A stretch of 64,000 nucleotides of DNA. Origin: Squalus acanthias. Taxonomy: Eukaryota. A program made the translations under genes and the position numbers. The stretch lies in assembly GCA_030390025.1 (NCBI GenBank), contig CM059431.1, forward strand, positions 97,528,001-97,592,000, given 5' to 3'. The notes below the pieces were generated by a model. The model worked only from the letters and a program-made list of their open reading frames with translations, had not been told where the DNA came from and did no database searches. The stretch's first letter is position 1, and every line of letters starts with the position of its first letter. Below, one piece after another: positions 1 through 12,734 of the stretch.

Positions 1-1798
1 ATAAATTCTACTTTCAGCAGCCTAAAGTGCCCAAGTTTTCCAAGTTAACTTGCATTGTGTTTTGGAGGGGGTGGGCTTCAGCTGTTCCATTGCAGAGCTC
101 GAATGAGAGTCTGTAGCTTATCTTCAGAATGAAGCGATTCTTGAATCTGAAGTCTAATATTTTGGAAATGCTGTTTTGCTTTCTGTAAGTGGCAGTTTCC
201 TGGGCTGAGGGTGAACGGGGCGATTTAATACAGAATAAAAGAGAAGGGGCAGGTTGTGTAAATAGGGAGGGTGAAAAACATTACTACTTGATGGTGAATG
301 TATCTGGCCAGACTCTTTCTCCCTTTCTGTGCTTTACTCTAATTCAGAAGGCTGCACACAGCAAGTGCTGTACCACCCACAAGTGGATCTGTTCTACAGG
401 CCCCAGCAGGTATCTATGAAAGGGGCTGAGTTTCATTGTGATGCCATTCTACAGCTCATTCATTGCTAACACATCACTGACCCACCCTGTGAATGAGATG
501 ACTAATTAACAATTCCTAAACACGGTATTGTTACACTATCAATTGTATCACAAACTCAGCAAAACCCAACCCCTAATAATTGAGATCACCATTGAAGCGC
601 GATGCTGGCCATTTGTACAGTTTTATGTATCTTGCACTAATCACTAAAGTCAGATAAAGCAGAAGGTTAATGGTGAGGTCAGAATCTGTCCCTATGTAAA
701 ATCTGATAAGGGCGCAGCACATTATTGTTCTATATTCCTATCTCCTGGTCAAGACTAGGCAGTGGAGCAAGTCAATCTTAGCAGCCTTTGTAATACATCT
801 CCCGGTGTAAAATATAAATGGTTCCTTTCACTGCCTATTCACATTTAAGTAAAGATGTAGTGGGGCCTTAGAATGTCCTGCTACAGCACACAGCTTCGCT
901 TTTGTGCACCTGTCACTCCGAACACCAGATTTACGATGTCCAATTATAACTGTGGCCAGTTCAGCCTCTGCAATTACTCTCCAAGTTCGTTCTGATGGGG
1001 CTTGAATAGGTTATTCACGAGTTTGATTGTATATCTGAAACATTACACAAGCTGGCTGTATTTTTTCTGCTGTCTCCCTTTGTTTCAGGGTCAGTGCTTA
1101 AGATGTGAGTAACTCGCACTGCAACAGCTCACCAGATTGCAAAAAGTTTCCTCTCAAGCAGTTCTCCTGAGATGCTGCTGTTACTCGGGTGACGTTCCTG
1201 GAGGTAATATTACCGCCCAGTTCCATTACTTTGAAGCATTTTCTATAAAGGATTGAACACACAACTCTCAGCCTACTTAATTAATTCATCACTAAAAACA
1301 TTGTCATTCCAATTGTAATTCCTGGTCCTAGGGAACAAGCAGAGGTGGGATGTCCCTATCAGCAGCAGGCAGGGATTGTGTGTGGGTTTATCCCTGGAGT
1401 GATAAATCTGCAATATTAAGAGCTCTGTGATTTCCCCTATCACAGAAAGCCAGTAATGGGTGGGGTGAGGGTGACTATCAGAGCTCCGAGAAAGGAAGCA
1501 TCAGTTGGCAACCCCTGTTGCCCACCTCCTACTCTTTCTGAGCCTGTGCATTAGAGATAAAGCAATAAAAACCTGTCCTGCCCTTACCACTGCCAGAAAG
1601 AGCCAGCTTCCTGTCATACCAGTTGACGGACATGTAGCCCTCCCAAGTGTGGAGTGAGAGTCTCTGCTTCGTATCCCTGTCCGCAATTTCACTAAAAATA
1701 GCAAATGGGCAAAAATAGAACCCAAAAACCCCAATCAGTCAATGCTTACATATTTCAGTATTTTGCTGTTGGCTCAATAGCAGTAAACAGGACTCCAG

Positions 1799-2780
1799 GT
1801 GTCAGCCGTGGCTCAGTGGGTAGTACCCTCACCTCCGAGTTAGGAAAAGCATGGGTTCAAGTCCCACTCCAGAGACTTGAGCACATAATCCAGGCTGACA
1901 CTCCCACTGCAGTACTGAGGGAGCGCCGCACTGTCGGAGGGGCAGTACTGAGGGAGCGCCGCACTGTCTGAGAGGCAGTACTGAGGGCGCGCCGCACTGT
2001 CGGAGGGGCAGTACTGGGAGATCGCCGCACTGTCTGAGAGGCAGTACTGAGGGAGCGCCGCACTGTCGGAGGGGCAGTACTGAGGGAGCGCCGCACTGTC
2101 GGAGGGGCAGTACTGAGGGAGCGCCGCACTGTCTGGGAGGCAGTACTGAGGGAGCACTGCACTGTCGGAGGGGCAGTACTGAGGGAACGCTGCACTGTCG
2201 GAGGGGCAGTACTGAGGGAGCTCTGCACTGTCGGAGGGGCAGTACTGAGGGAGTGCCGCACTGTCGGAGGGGCAGTACTGAGGGAGCGCTGCACTGTCAG
2301 AGGGGCAGTCCTGAGGGAGTGCCGCACTGTCGGAGGGGCAGTACTGAGGGAGCGCCGCACTGTCGGAGGGGCAGTACTGAGGGAGCGCCGCACTGTCGGA
2401 GGGGCAGTACTGAGGGAGCGCCGCACTGTCGGAGGGGCAGTACTGAGGGAGCGCTGCACTGTCGGAGGTGCCGTCGTTTCGGATGAGACATTAAACCAAG
2501 ACCCCATCTGCTCTCTCAGGTCGACATAAAGGATCCCATGGCACTATTTCGAAGAAGAGCAGGGGAGTTCTCCATGGTCTCTTAGCCAATATTTATCCCT
2601 CAACCAACATCACAACATCAGATTACTGGTCATTATATCATTGCTGTTTTGTGGGAGCTTGCTGTGCACAAATTGGCTGGTGCGATTCCTACATTACAAC
2701 AGTGACTACACTTCAAAAATACTTCAATGGCTGCAAAGTGCGTTGGGACGTCCTGAAGTTACGAAAGGCGCTGGAGAAAT
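1799..2780 (+). mobile_element. DeuSINE (SacSINE1/AmnSINE1-like tRNA-SINE with L2-type tail) carrying an internal 33-bp minisatellite
   Basis: tRNA-like head (tggctcagtggg A box, ggttcaagtccc B box), Deu-domain-like ggatgagacattaaacc...gatcccatggcact, tail aaaggcgct. Confidence 0.8.
1909..2468 (+). repeat. 33-bp minisatellite (gcagtactgagggagcgccgcactgtcggaggg)n, ~17 units
   Basis: Direct tandem units; they produce the 11-aa periodic ORFs. Confidence 0.95.
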
Positions 2781-3599
2781 GAATTCCCTCCCCTGCTCAT
2801 CCACTATAACCTCCGCAGAACCCCAGGGAATTGGGTGGGAGAGGAACTCCAGCAGGTTATTGCCCAGGTGGGGAGGATGGAAAGTTGCCCCATCATGTAC
2901 CAATCCCCATGGCCTTTGCCTATAGCTGTACCCATGTTCTTTGATCCTATGTTCATGTGATCCTACAACCCCTCTTATTTCTGCCTGCAAGGTGGAAATG
3001 TGATTTTTAGTGACAGTAGATTAGCCAGCTGGTAAAACTTGCAGTTAATATGTCAGTCCCAGCCCTCTCCAGTTAGTGTCCTTAGTACAGACCGGGTGTG
3101 AACGATAACAAGAGATTACACATTGCTAAAGTAAGCCCGTAATCAGAATATATAATTACAATAATCCAGCAAAATGTATAAACAGATGTTATAAGAAATA
3201 AAAATACCAAACTCTGTGAGGGAGTCAGATTCTGTGGCCCAGGGCCTGAGCAGGAATGGATATCCAGGTATTCTGTGCAGGAGGGTGAAGGATTCTTTTG
3301 AAAGCAACAATTAAGCATGAGCTTTGTGGCTGGGCTTTTATCTGATTTCCCTCTGCAGAAACGCAGCTGTTAGGAACTGAACGGACTGACCAATCATCGA
3401 ACCTTCTTGACAAGTCAAGAGAGGGACTTCTCCTCGCTGGTCCGGGCTAGACTTAAACCTGGGTCTCAAAGGTGAAAGGGCATTGTGTCAGCCCGTCACG
3501 CCACCCAGATCTTTTGTTACTTTCCTCGAAGATCAATTTTTGTTCGATGCCTCTCGTATTTTATTCTTAATTCAGTTTGACCTCTGGGACAGTCAATAT

Positions 3600-4380
3600 A
3601 GGCTGGATATTAACTCGGAGGCGGGGAGGGAGCTGGGGGAGGGGTGAGCTGCTTTGAGGCCGGGACAAGTTTCCCTCAGGTGCTGAGGAATTTAGCGGCA
3701 GGACCTGATTAGCATTTTTTCATCTCTGTTTCCCAGCCACAGCCAACCAGATTGAGAGGCCTTCAGCACCAGGTCACAGCTGGGGAGCAGGGTCGGGGGG
3801 GAGATCGGAGGCCTTAGGTGGGGGGTGGGAGAGACCGGAAGGGTCATGGGGAGATTGGAAGGGTTGGGGGGAGATCGGAAGGGTCGGGGGGGGACCGGAA
3901 GGGTCGAGGAGAGATGGGAAGGGTCGGGGGGGGACCGGAAGGGTCGAGGAGAGATGGGAAGAGTCGGTCAGAGATGGGAAGGGTTGGGGGGAGATCGGAA
4001 GGGTCGGGGGAGATTGAAAGGGTTGGGGGGGTGTCTGATCATGGGGGGGTGGGTGAAGTAGGTAAACTGGATCCAGCAAGAAAGTGGAAAGGCATTTATC
4101 TCCTGGATCCAACAGTCCTCGCCTCCCTTTAGCCGCCGTGTTTCCCAAAGCCTGGGAAATCCCGGCCGGCCAGGGTTAAATTTAAAATGGTGGTTAAATA
4201 TGAGGCTCACAGCCTCAATATAATATTTAAATTGTCTTCTGCGAGCGGGTTTGTTGCCAGCCCCCGTTCCGCCTCTGTTAAAACCGGAAGTGGGTGGGTT
4301 GGGGTCGAGATTCAGATTTTTAACATTTTAACATCCCACCTGACCCAAACCTGCCTGTTTTGGGGGGTTAAAATTTCCCC
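3600..4380. mobile_element. Probable non-autonomous DNA element (Harbinger-MITE-like ends) with an internal G-rich ~20-bp tandem repeat (ggaagggtcggggggagatc) at ~3790-4030
   Basis: Ends ggctggatattaac / gttaaaatttcccc resemble the other GGG..AATT-type termini in the window; TSD unclear. Confidence 0.4.
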
Positions 4381-4554
4381 TATAAGTCTGTTACTACTCA
4401 ATGTCAAATTTGTTTCTGCAAATTTTCACCAGAATGCAGATTTTTCACTATTGCAATTCTCTTAAATTAAGGCAGCTCATAGTTTGTTGAATGTCAATAT
4501 TAAACATTCAAACACAGTCTTCACCTTGTAAAGGATTTCACTGCACTGAAAGCA

Positions 4555-5645
4555 AGGATTTGCAATTATATTGTGCATTTCACAAACTTAGGACATCCCA
4601 AAGCACTTTACAGCCAATTAAGTACTTCTGAATTGTTGCAATGTCGGAAACAAAGCAGCCAATTTGCGCATAGCAAGGTCCCACAAACAACAATGTAATA
4701 ATGACCAGATCATCTGTTTTAGTTGTTGGTTGAAAAATTAATATTGGCCAGGACACTGGGGATAACTCCCCTGCTCTTCTTCAAATAGTGCCGTGGGATC
4801 TTTTACATCCAGCCGCGGTTTAATGTCTCATCTGAATGACGGCACCTCCGACAGTGCAGCACTCCCTCAGTACTGCCCCTCCGACAGTGCGGCACTCCCT
4901 CAGTACTGCCCCTCCGACAGTGCGACGCTCCCTCAGTACTGCCCCTCCGACAGTGCAGCGCTCCCTCAGTACTGCCCCACCGACAGTGCGGTGCTCCCTC
5001 AGTACTGACCCTCCAACAGTGCGGCGCTCCCTCAGTACTGCCCCTCCGACTGTGCGGCGCTCCCTCAGTACTGCCCCTCCGACAGTGCAGCACTCCCTCA
5101 GTACTGCCCCTCCGACAGTGCGGCACTCCCTCAGTACTGCCCCTCCGACAGTGTGACGCTCCCTCAGTACTGCCCCTCCGACAGTGCGGCGCTCCCTCAG
5201 TGCTGCCCCTCCGACAGTGCGGTGCTCCCTCAGTACTGACCCTCCGACAGTGCGGCGCTCCCTCAGTACTGCCCCTCCGACAGTGCGGCGCTCCCTCAGT
5301 ACCGCCCCTCCGACAGTGCGGCACTCCCTCAGTACTGCCCCTCCGACAGTGCGACGCTCCCTCAGTACTGCCCCTCCGACAGTGCTGCGCTCCCTCAGTA
5401 CTGCCCCTCCGACAGTGCGGTGCTCCCTCAGTACTGACCCTCCGACAGTGCAGCGCTCCCTCAGTACTGCCGCTCCAACTGTGCGGCACTCCCTCAGTAC
5501 TGCCCCTCCGACAGTGCGACGCTCCCTCAGTACTGCCCCTCCGACAGTGCGGCGCTCCCTCAGTACTGCATTGGGAGTTATCAGCCTGGATTATGGGATC
5601 AAATCTCTGGACTGGGACTTGAACCTACAACCTTCTGACTCAGAA
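4555..5645 (-). mobile_element. DeuSINE copy with a 33-bp minisatellite (~4845-5570, ~22 units)
   Basis: Reverse complement of the same SINE; head gggacttgaacc at ~5614-5625; array at the same internal position. Confidence 0.8.
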
Positions 5646-7109
5646 GGTTGGACAGTGTGAAGGACAAATGAAGAAATGCGAACAATGAGGGAATCTTATA
5701 CAGACAGCATTCAGTTCTGGCCAGATATTCTAGATATCCAGTCACAGGACCTGCGGTACGTGTGGAACAGCCCTCAGATGAGGCAACACTGATAAAGCAG
5801 CGCTCAATAATTTTGTGGGAGTGTAATAACACACCTTACTTGCCCCATCAACGTCCCTGCTTGTGTTTTGTTGGTACATGTATTCCTGCATTAGACTGGT
5901 ATTTACGAATATCGCAGTTCCTGGGCTCTGTCACATCCAAGGACCTGAGTGACAGCATCATTTATTATTGCATCTTAGACATTGTATAGAGAATGCCCAT
6001 CAAAGTAACAACTGGCCTCAGCTCAGCTCAGAAGGTGCAATGTACTTCTATCAGCTTCCGCCCTGGACCCCCTACAGTTGGGAAAAACACAGCCCTGTTA
6101 GCAGAAGGGCTGGACGAACAATTTACAATGTGATAAAGCAGCAGTTGGGCCCTAACCTTCACCTCACTCTTTCTGTAGGAGAATTACTTTTTAAATTAGG
6201 TTACAGCCATCGGCCTCTTGATGTGTGGTCTGGAATCTCAGCGCCAAACTCCCGCAAGAAGCTCAATTAATGAGGATCTTACCTATAACAAGCGGAGCCA
6301 TGAGACATGGCAGAGTGAGGAGAGACAGGTGGCCATCCACTTGAATAATGGTTTCAGAAAAGCAGGCTTTTAAGCACAGTGTTCCTCACAGCCCAAACAA
6401 TCTCTGTGCCGTATAATTGTGAATAGCGCTGTCACCCGGAGAGAATAGATTCTTATTCAGCAAGTAAAGAAAGACTAAACCGGTGAAAATAACCCATTAC
6501 AGGGCAGCAGCGGGGCATGTGACGTTTGAGCAGCTTGTTAAATTCCAAACACAAGCTGCTGAAAAGAATTCTGCTTTACAAGGGAAGGAGCAGCCATTGG
6601 TAAATCACAAGAGATTTGTTAGAGTTATGGAGAGTGCTGCGTAATAACAACAGATTTTTTTAATTACTTTGGGCAGCGCATCAGGTGCCTTTTTTTATAT
6701 AAAGCTGTTCTTTTCTCCACTTTGTCCTGTTACCACCTCCAGGTGGAAGGCAGGAGCTGGAAGCTGAGTGTTGGCGCTGGATGTCCCCAGGACTCCTGTC
6801 AATGATGCCCCACCATTGGCTGCCACATAATGTTCGGGCTGTGATCCTCATCCCCATGAAGCAGGTAGATTTGAGTGACAGAGCTTGGCAACAATAGCCA
6901 TGTGCTGAGGAGGACTCTCCAACACTTCCCCTGGAGCTGAAACATTCTGGTTCCATCCTATTCGGATCCACGGCTTCAGCATATAAAATAAAACAGCTCA
7001 GAAAGTACAGAATGAGGAAACTCACTCCGAACAGAAAATTCTTCTTCTCTTCTATAAACAGCACCTAAAGCAATCCATTTCTTCCACTGATTTACATCCA
7101 GCAGACTCC

Positions 7110-7590
7110 AGAACATAGCAACATGGGGAGGCCATTCAGCCCCTCGAGCCAGTTCCGCCATTCAATTAGACCAGGGCTGATCTGTATCTTAACTCCATCT
7201 ACCCGCCTTGGTTCCGTAACCCTTAATACCCTTACCCAACAAAAATCTATCAATCTTAGTTTTGAAATTTTCAATTGACCCCCAGCCTCAACAGCTTTTT
7301 GGGGGAGAGTTCCAGATTTCCACTACCCTTTGTGTGAAGAAGTGCTTCCTGACATCACCCCTGAACGGCCTGGCTCTAATTTTAAGGTGATGCCCCCTTG
7401 TTCTGGATCCCCCCCCCCCGCCCACCAGAGGAAATAGTTTCTCTCTATCTACCCCATCAAATCCTTTAATTATCTTAAACACCTCGATTAGATCACCCCT
7501 TAATCTTCTACACTCGAGGGAATACAAGCCTAGTCTGTGCAACCTGTCCTCGTAATTTAACCCGTTTAGCCCCCGGTATCATTCTGGTGT
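7110..7590 (-). mobile_element. CR1 LINE 3' fragment
   Basis: RLGLYSLECRRLRGDLIEVFK...FFTQRVV peptide plus the conserved 3'UTR gaatggcggaactggctcgaggggctgaatggcct. Confidence 0.9.
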
Positions 7591-7874
7591 TCTGGGTTTT
7601 TCCATTGCGTGGCAGGGAGTCTGGCTCAGCTCTCTAACAGGAGAATCACACAGAATCACCATTCTACTCCTCTCAGACTCCAACTTCCCACTGGATGTTA
7701 ACCCAGTATTCAGAGTCTGGAACTGTGCTCTCAACTCACGGGCTCTGTCTGGAGTGGGGCTCGAACCCACAACCTTGTGACTCAGAGGTGGGAAATAATA
7801 CCACTGAGCCTAGACTCACTCCAACAGGCAAGTTGAAATCAGTTTTGGCCAACTTTCACCCATACATTCTGGGG

Positions 7875-8183
7875 GTTGTCGGTGGTGAATTGGCCGTCTG
7901 CCAGCACCTGCCTCCATTGCTGTCCCCGGCCCCCGTGAAGTCCACCTCTTGAGTGCCAGGCTCGTTTGCTGGCACTCCCGATCCCTGGTGGCCCAGCTGG
8001 GCGCCGGGTCACGTTGCGCCAGGCCCCTCCCCTTTAATAAGGGGAGGAAGGCCTGCAGTACCGCGGCGCGACATGGCCTCTCGGGGCGCTACCTGGGAAA
8101 ATCGGCCATGGGGGCACTAAATTTTTCAGGGCGTTAAAATTACTGCCCCAGCGAAGGTAAGGGCGCTACCCAATTTTTACCCC
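7875..8183 (-). mobile_element. Partial GC-rich Harbinger-type MITE, same family as 21537-22309
   Basis: Terminus caatttttacccc followed by TTA; internal similarity to 21537-21970 (CQHLPPLLSPAPVK translates from both). Confidence 0.7.
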
Positions 8184-10440
8184 TTAAGCTTAAACAAAGC
8201 CAATTATGTAGGTATGAGGGGCGAGTTGGCTAAGGTAGATTGGGAAATTAGATTAAAAGGTATGACAGTCGATAAGCAGTGGCAATCATTTAAAGAAATA
8301 TTCCAAAATTCTCAATGAATATACATTCCATTGAGAAATAAAAACTCCACGGGAAAAGTGAGCCATCTGTGGCTAACTAAAGAAGTTAAGCATAGTATTA
8401 GATTAAAAGAAGAGGCTTATAATGTTGCAAAGAATAGTAGTAAGCTTAAGGATTGGGAGAGTTTCAGAAACCAGCAAAGGATGACCAAAAAATTGATACA
8501 AAAGGGAGAAAATAGAATATGAGAGAAAACTAGCAAGAGATCTAAAAACAGATTGTAAGAGCTTCTACAAGTATGTAAAAGGGAAGAGAATAGCAAAAGT
8601 AAGAGTTGGTCCCTTAGAGGCTGAGACAGGAGAAATTATAATGGGGAACAAGGAAACAGCAGAGGCTTTAAACAAATATTTTGTATCTGTCTTCACAGTA
8701 GAAGACACAAAAAGTACACCAAAAATGGTGGGGAACCAAGGGTCTAATGAGGGTGAGGAACTTAACGCAATTAATATAAGTAGAGAAAAAGTACTTGAGA
8801 AACTAATGGGACTAAAAGCCAAAAAATCCCCTGGACCTGATGGCCTACAGCCTAAGGTTCTAAAAGAGGTGGCTGCAGAGATAGTGGATGCACTGGTTGT
8901 GATCTTCCAAAATTCCCTTGGTTCAGGAAAGGTCCCAGCGGATTGAAAGGTAGCAAATGTAACCCCGCTATTCAAGAAAGGAGGGAGAGAGAAAACAGGG
9001 AACTACAGGCCAGTTAGCCTGACATCAGTCATCGGGAAAATGCTGGAATCCATTGTTAAGGAAGTGGTAACAGTGTATGATTAGGCAGAGTCAACATGGT
9101 TTTATGAAAGGTAAATCGTGTGTGACAAATTTATTAGATATTTTTGAGGATGTAACTAGCAGTGTAGATAAAGGGGAACCAGTGGATGTAATATATTTGG
9201 ATTCCCAAAGGGCATTCAATAAGGTGCCACATAAAAGGTTGTTAAGCAAGATAAGGGCTCATGGGGTTAGGGGTTAGTAGCATGGATAAAGAATTGGTTA
9301 ACTGACACAAAACAGAGAGTAGGGATAAACAGGTCATTTTCAGGTTGGCAGGCTGTAACTAGTGGGGTTCCATAAGGATCAGTGCTTGGGCCTCAGCTAT
9401 TTACAATCTATATTAGTGATTTAGATGAAGGGACTGAGTGCAATGTATCCAAGTTTGCTGACGATACAAAGCTAGGTAGAAAAGTAAGATGTGAGGAGGA
9501 CGCAAAGAGCCTGCAAAGGTTAAGTGAGTGGGCAAGAAGATGGCAGATGGAGTATAACATGGGGAAATGTGAGGTTATTCACTTTGGTAGGAAGAATAGA
9601 AAAACAGAATATTTTTTAAATGGTGAGAAATCATTCAATGACAGCAGGTTCCTTCCCTGGAGGACATCAGTGAACCAGTTGGGTTTTTACACCAGTCCAG
9701 CAGCTTCATGGTGACTTCGTGGTGCCAGCTCACAGATTAACAATGGTGTCCTCGTACAAGAAATACAGAGAGCTAGCATGCAGATACAGCAAGCAATAAG
9801 GAAGGCAAATGGCATGTCAGCCTTTATTGCAAGAGGGTTGGAGTACAAGAGTAAGGAAGTCTTGCTACAGTTGTACAGGGCTCTGGTGAGACTACACCTG
9901 GAGTACTGTGCACAGTTTTGGTCTCCTTATCTGAGGGGGTGCAACGAAGGTTCACGAGGTTGATCCCTGGGATGAGAAGGCTGTCCTATGAGGAGAGATT
10001 GAGTAGATTGGGCCTATACTCTCTGGAGTTTAGAAGAATGAGAGGTGATCTCATTGAAACATATAAGATTCTGAAGGGGATTGACAGGGTAGATGCTGAG
10101 AGATTGTTTCCCCTGGCTGGAGAGTCTAGAACTAGGGGGCATAGTCTCAGAATAAGGGGTCGGCCATTTAAGACTGAGATGAGGAAGAATTTCTTCACTC
10201 AGAGGGTTGTGAATCTTTGGAATTCCCTGCCCCAAAGTGCTGTGGATGCTCAGTCATTGAGTATATTCAAGGCTGAGATCGATAGATTTTTGGACTCCAG
10301 AGGAATCAAAGGATATGGGGATTGGGCAGGAAAGTGGAGTTGAGGTCGATGATCAGCCATGATCTTATTGAATGGCGGAGCAGGCTCGAGGGGCCGAATG
10401 GCCGACTCCTGCTCCTAATTCTTATGTTCTTATTTTCTTA
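8184..10440 (+). mobile_element. 5'-truncated CR1 LINE (decayed ORF2 RT, 3'UTR, TTCTTATG tail)
   Basis: KSPGPDG, QHGFMKGKSC, KFADDTK and GDLIETYK motifs in broken frames; tail cttatgttctta. Confidence 0.95.
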
Positions 10441-10480
10441 TTTCCAGAATCCGCAGTATTTTGCTTTTGTATTAGTGTGT

Positions 10481-10835
10481 AACCTATCTCTGTAACCTCT
10501 CTAGCCCCACAACCCTCTCTGCTCTCCTCTAATTCTGCCCTCTTGAGCATCCCTGATTTTAATCGCTCCACCATTGGCGGCCATGCCTTCTGTTGCCGAG
10601 GCCCTAAGCTCTGGAATTCCCTCCCTAAAGCTCTACGCCTCTCTACCTCTCTCTCCTCCTTTAAGACGCTCCTTAAAACCTACCTTTTTGACCAAGCTTT
10701 TGGTCACCTGTCTCTAATATCTCCTTATGTGGCTCCGTGTCAGATTTTTTTTTGTTTTACATTGCTTCTGTGCAGTGTCTTGGGGCGTCTTACTACGTTA
10801 AAGGTGCTATATAAATACAAGTTGTTGTTGTTGTG
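10481..10835 (+). mobile_element. L2 LINE 3' fragment
   Basis: GGHAFCCRGPKLWNSLP...FKTLLKTYLF, then tail aaaggtgctatataaatacaag(ttg)n. Confidence 0.85.
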
Positions 10836-10899
10836 TGAAACTTAATGGTTTGTTATCCACCATTGAGTCAACCACAGAGTGTGGGACTGGAGTCACATG

Positions 10900-11530
10900 T
10901 AGAAACATAGAAGATAGGAGCAGGAGTAGGCCATTCGGCCCCTCGAGCCTGCTCCGCCATTCGATGAGATCATGGCTGATCATCCAAACTCAGTACCCTG
11001 TACCTGCCTTCTCCCCATATCCCTTGATACCTTTAGCTTTAAGAAATATATCTAACTCATTCTTGAATATATTTAATGACTTGGCCTCAACTACCTTCTG
11101 TGGTAGAGAATTCCACAGGTTCACCACTCTCTGGGTGAAGAAATTCTTCCTCATTTCTGTCCTAAATGGCTTACCCCTTATCCTTAGATTATGACCCCTG
11201 GTTCTGGACTCTCCGACCATCGGGAACATTCTTCCTGCATCTAGTTTGTCCAGACCTGTCAGAATTTTATATGTTTCGATGAGATCCCCTCTCATTCTTC
11301 TATACTCCAGCGAGTATAAGCCTAATCGACCCAATCTCTCCTCATATGTCATTCCTGCCATCCCAGGTATCAGCCTTGTGAATCTTCGCTGAACTCCTTC
11401 CATGGCAAGAACATCCTTCCTCAGATAAGGCGACCAAAACTGCACACAATACTCAAGGTGTGGTCTCACCAAGGCCCTGTACAACTGCAGCAGGACATCC
11501 CTGTTCCTATACTCAAACCCTTTCGCTATG
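10900..11530 (-). mobile_element. CR1 LINE 3' fragment
   Basis: ORF 10990-11484 YRALVRPHLEYCVQFW...KGYGEKAG plus CR1 3'UTR. Confidence 0.92.
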
Positions 11531-11665
11531 TAGGCCAGACTGGGTAAGGACAGCAGGTTCCTTCCCTGGAGGACATCAGTGAACCAGTTGGGTTTTTACA
11601 ATAGTCCAGCAGCTTCATGGTCACTTCATGGTACCGGCTCTCAGATTAACAAATTTAGTGAATTC
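11531..11665 (-). mobile_element. Fragment of a second SINE-like repeat; a near-identical piece lies at 9632-9745
   Basis: gccagactgggtaaggacagcaggttccttccctggaggacatcagtgaaccag...; family assignment from recall only. Confidence 0.5.
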
Positions 11666-12734
11666 TACCTCATAGCTATCCATGTCTTCAAAACTGAGAC
11701 TGTCTGGTTTAACCACCTTGCCCACAGCCCGCATCCTGATCCCACAATATGCTGCACCCTCTCCGATATCTCCCCATCATTCACTGCACATTTCTCTATC
11801 AGGCCCATTCCCTTGATCCAATCCTGAACAAGACCCTGAGCAATATATCGGGGGGGTTCTATATTGGAGGTTCTATATCGGCGATGCGCTCTCCTGATTA
11901 CGTTCCATGTGTTGAATCTAAGACGGGTGGTGTTTTTATTCTGGTTTAAAATTGGAACTCTAAAATAGAATGTTGAGTTGTGTCAATGTAAGATCTCATT
12001 CTGCACCCTCTGTGTTTAATTGGCTCCATATAACAGCGCTGGGAATTGAAAAGAAGCTTTTTTATGCTGACGGTCTGATGAACAATACAGGGATTTTTTT
12101 TGTTGAAGAAGTAATTTAAAGAAACATTGAAAAAATGAACAAGTGAAGGTCAGAGTGAGGCCATTATCTTGCTATCGATTAATGCCCTCCCTCTGGTAAT
12201 GCAGTGCGATGGCCATTGTAAAATTACACTAACTAAAATACATTTAGCCAGAGAAATTTAACAATTAGTGTTTCCATTAAGAATCTGCACACAGAATAAA
12301 GGGTAAATGTTACAAGGAGCCACTCCCGGTCAGAGTGCCACCCAACAGGAGAGCACGGAGCAGGGACTGGGAGCGACTCACATCACTCCCAGTCTTCCAG
12401 TAATCAGGAACGCCACCAGCTACAAACCTGCTCCCAATCCTCCGATCCCGCTGCCGCTCCCATAGCGTGAGATCCCATCGCAACATTTACACTTAGAGGA
12501 TAATATTCATAGAATTGGGAAACACTGACAGCTCCAAGAGTTACAGTGAGGGTGGTGCCAGGGCTGAGGGTAATACTGTGCAGGTGGATGTAACTAATCC
12601 CATGGCACTATTCAAAGAAGAGCAGGGGATTTCTCCCCAGTACCCTGCCCAATATTAATCCCTCAACCAACAACTAAAACTGAGGATATTGTTGTTGATC
12701 TCATTGCTGTTTGTGGAACCTTGCCTACAAGGAG

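Noticed and set aside
6681..7064. 127-aa minus-strand ORF with a hydrophobic N-terminus
   Set aside because: No recognisable family, a non-ATG start and no linked exons.
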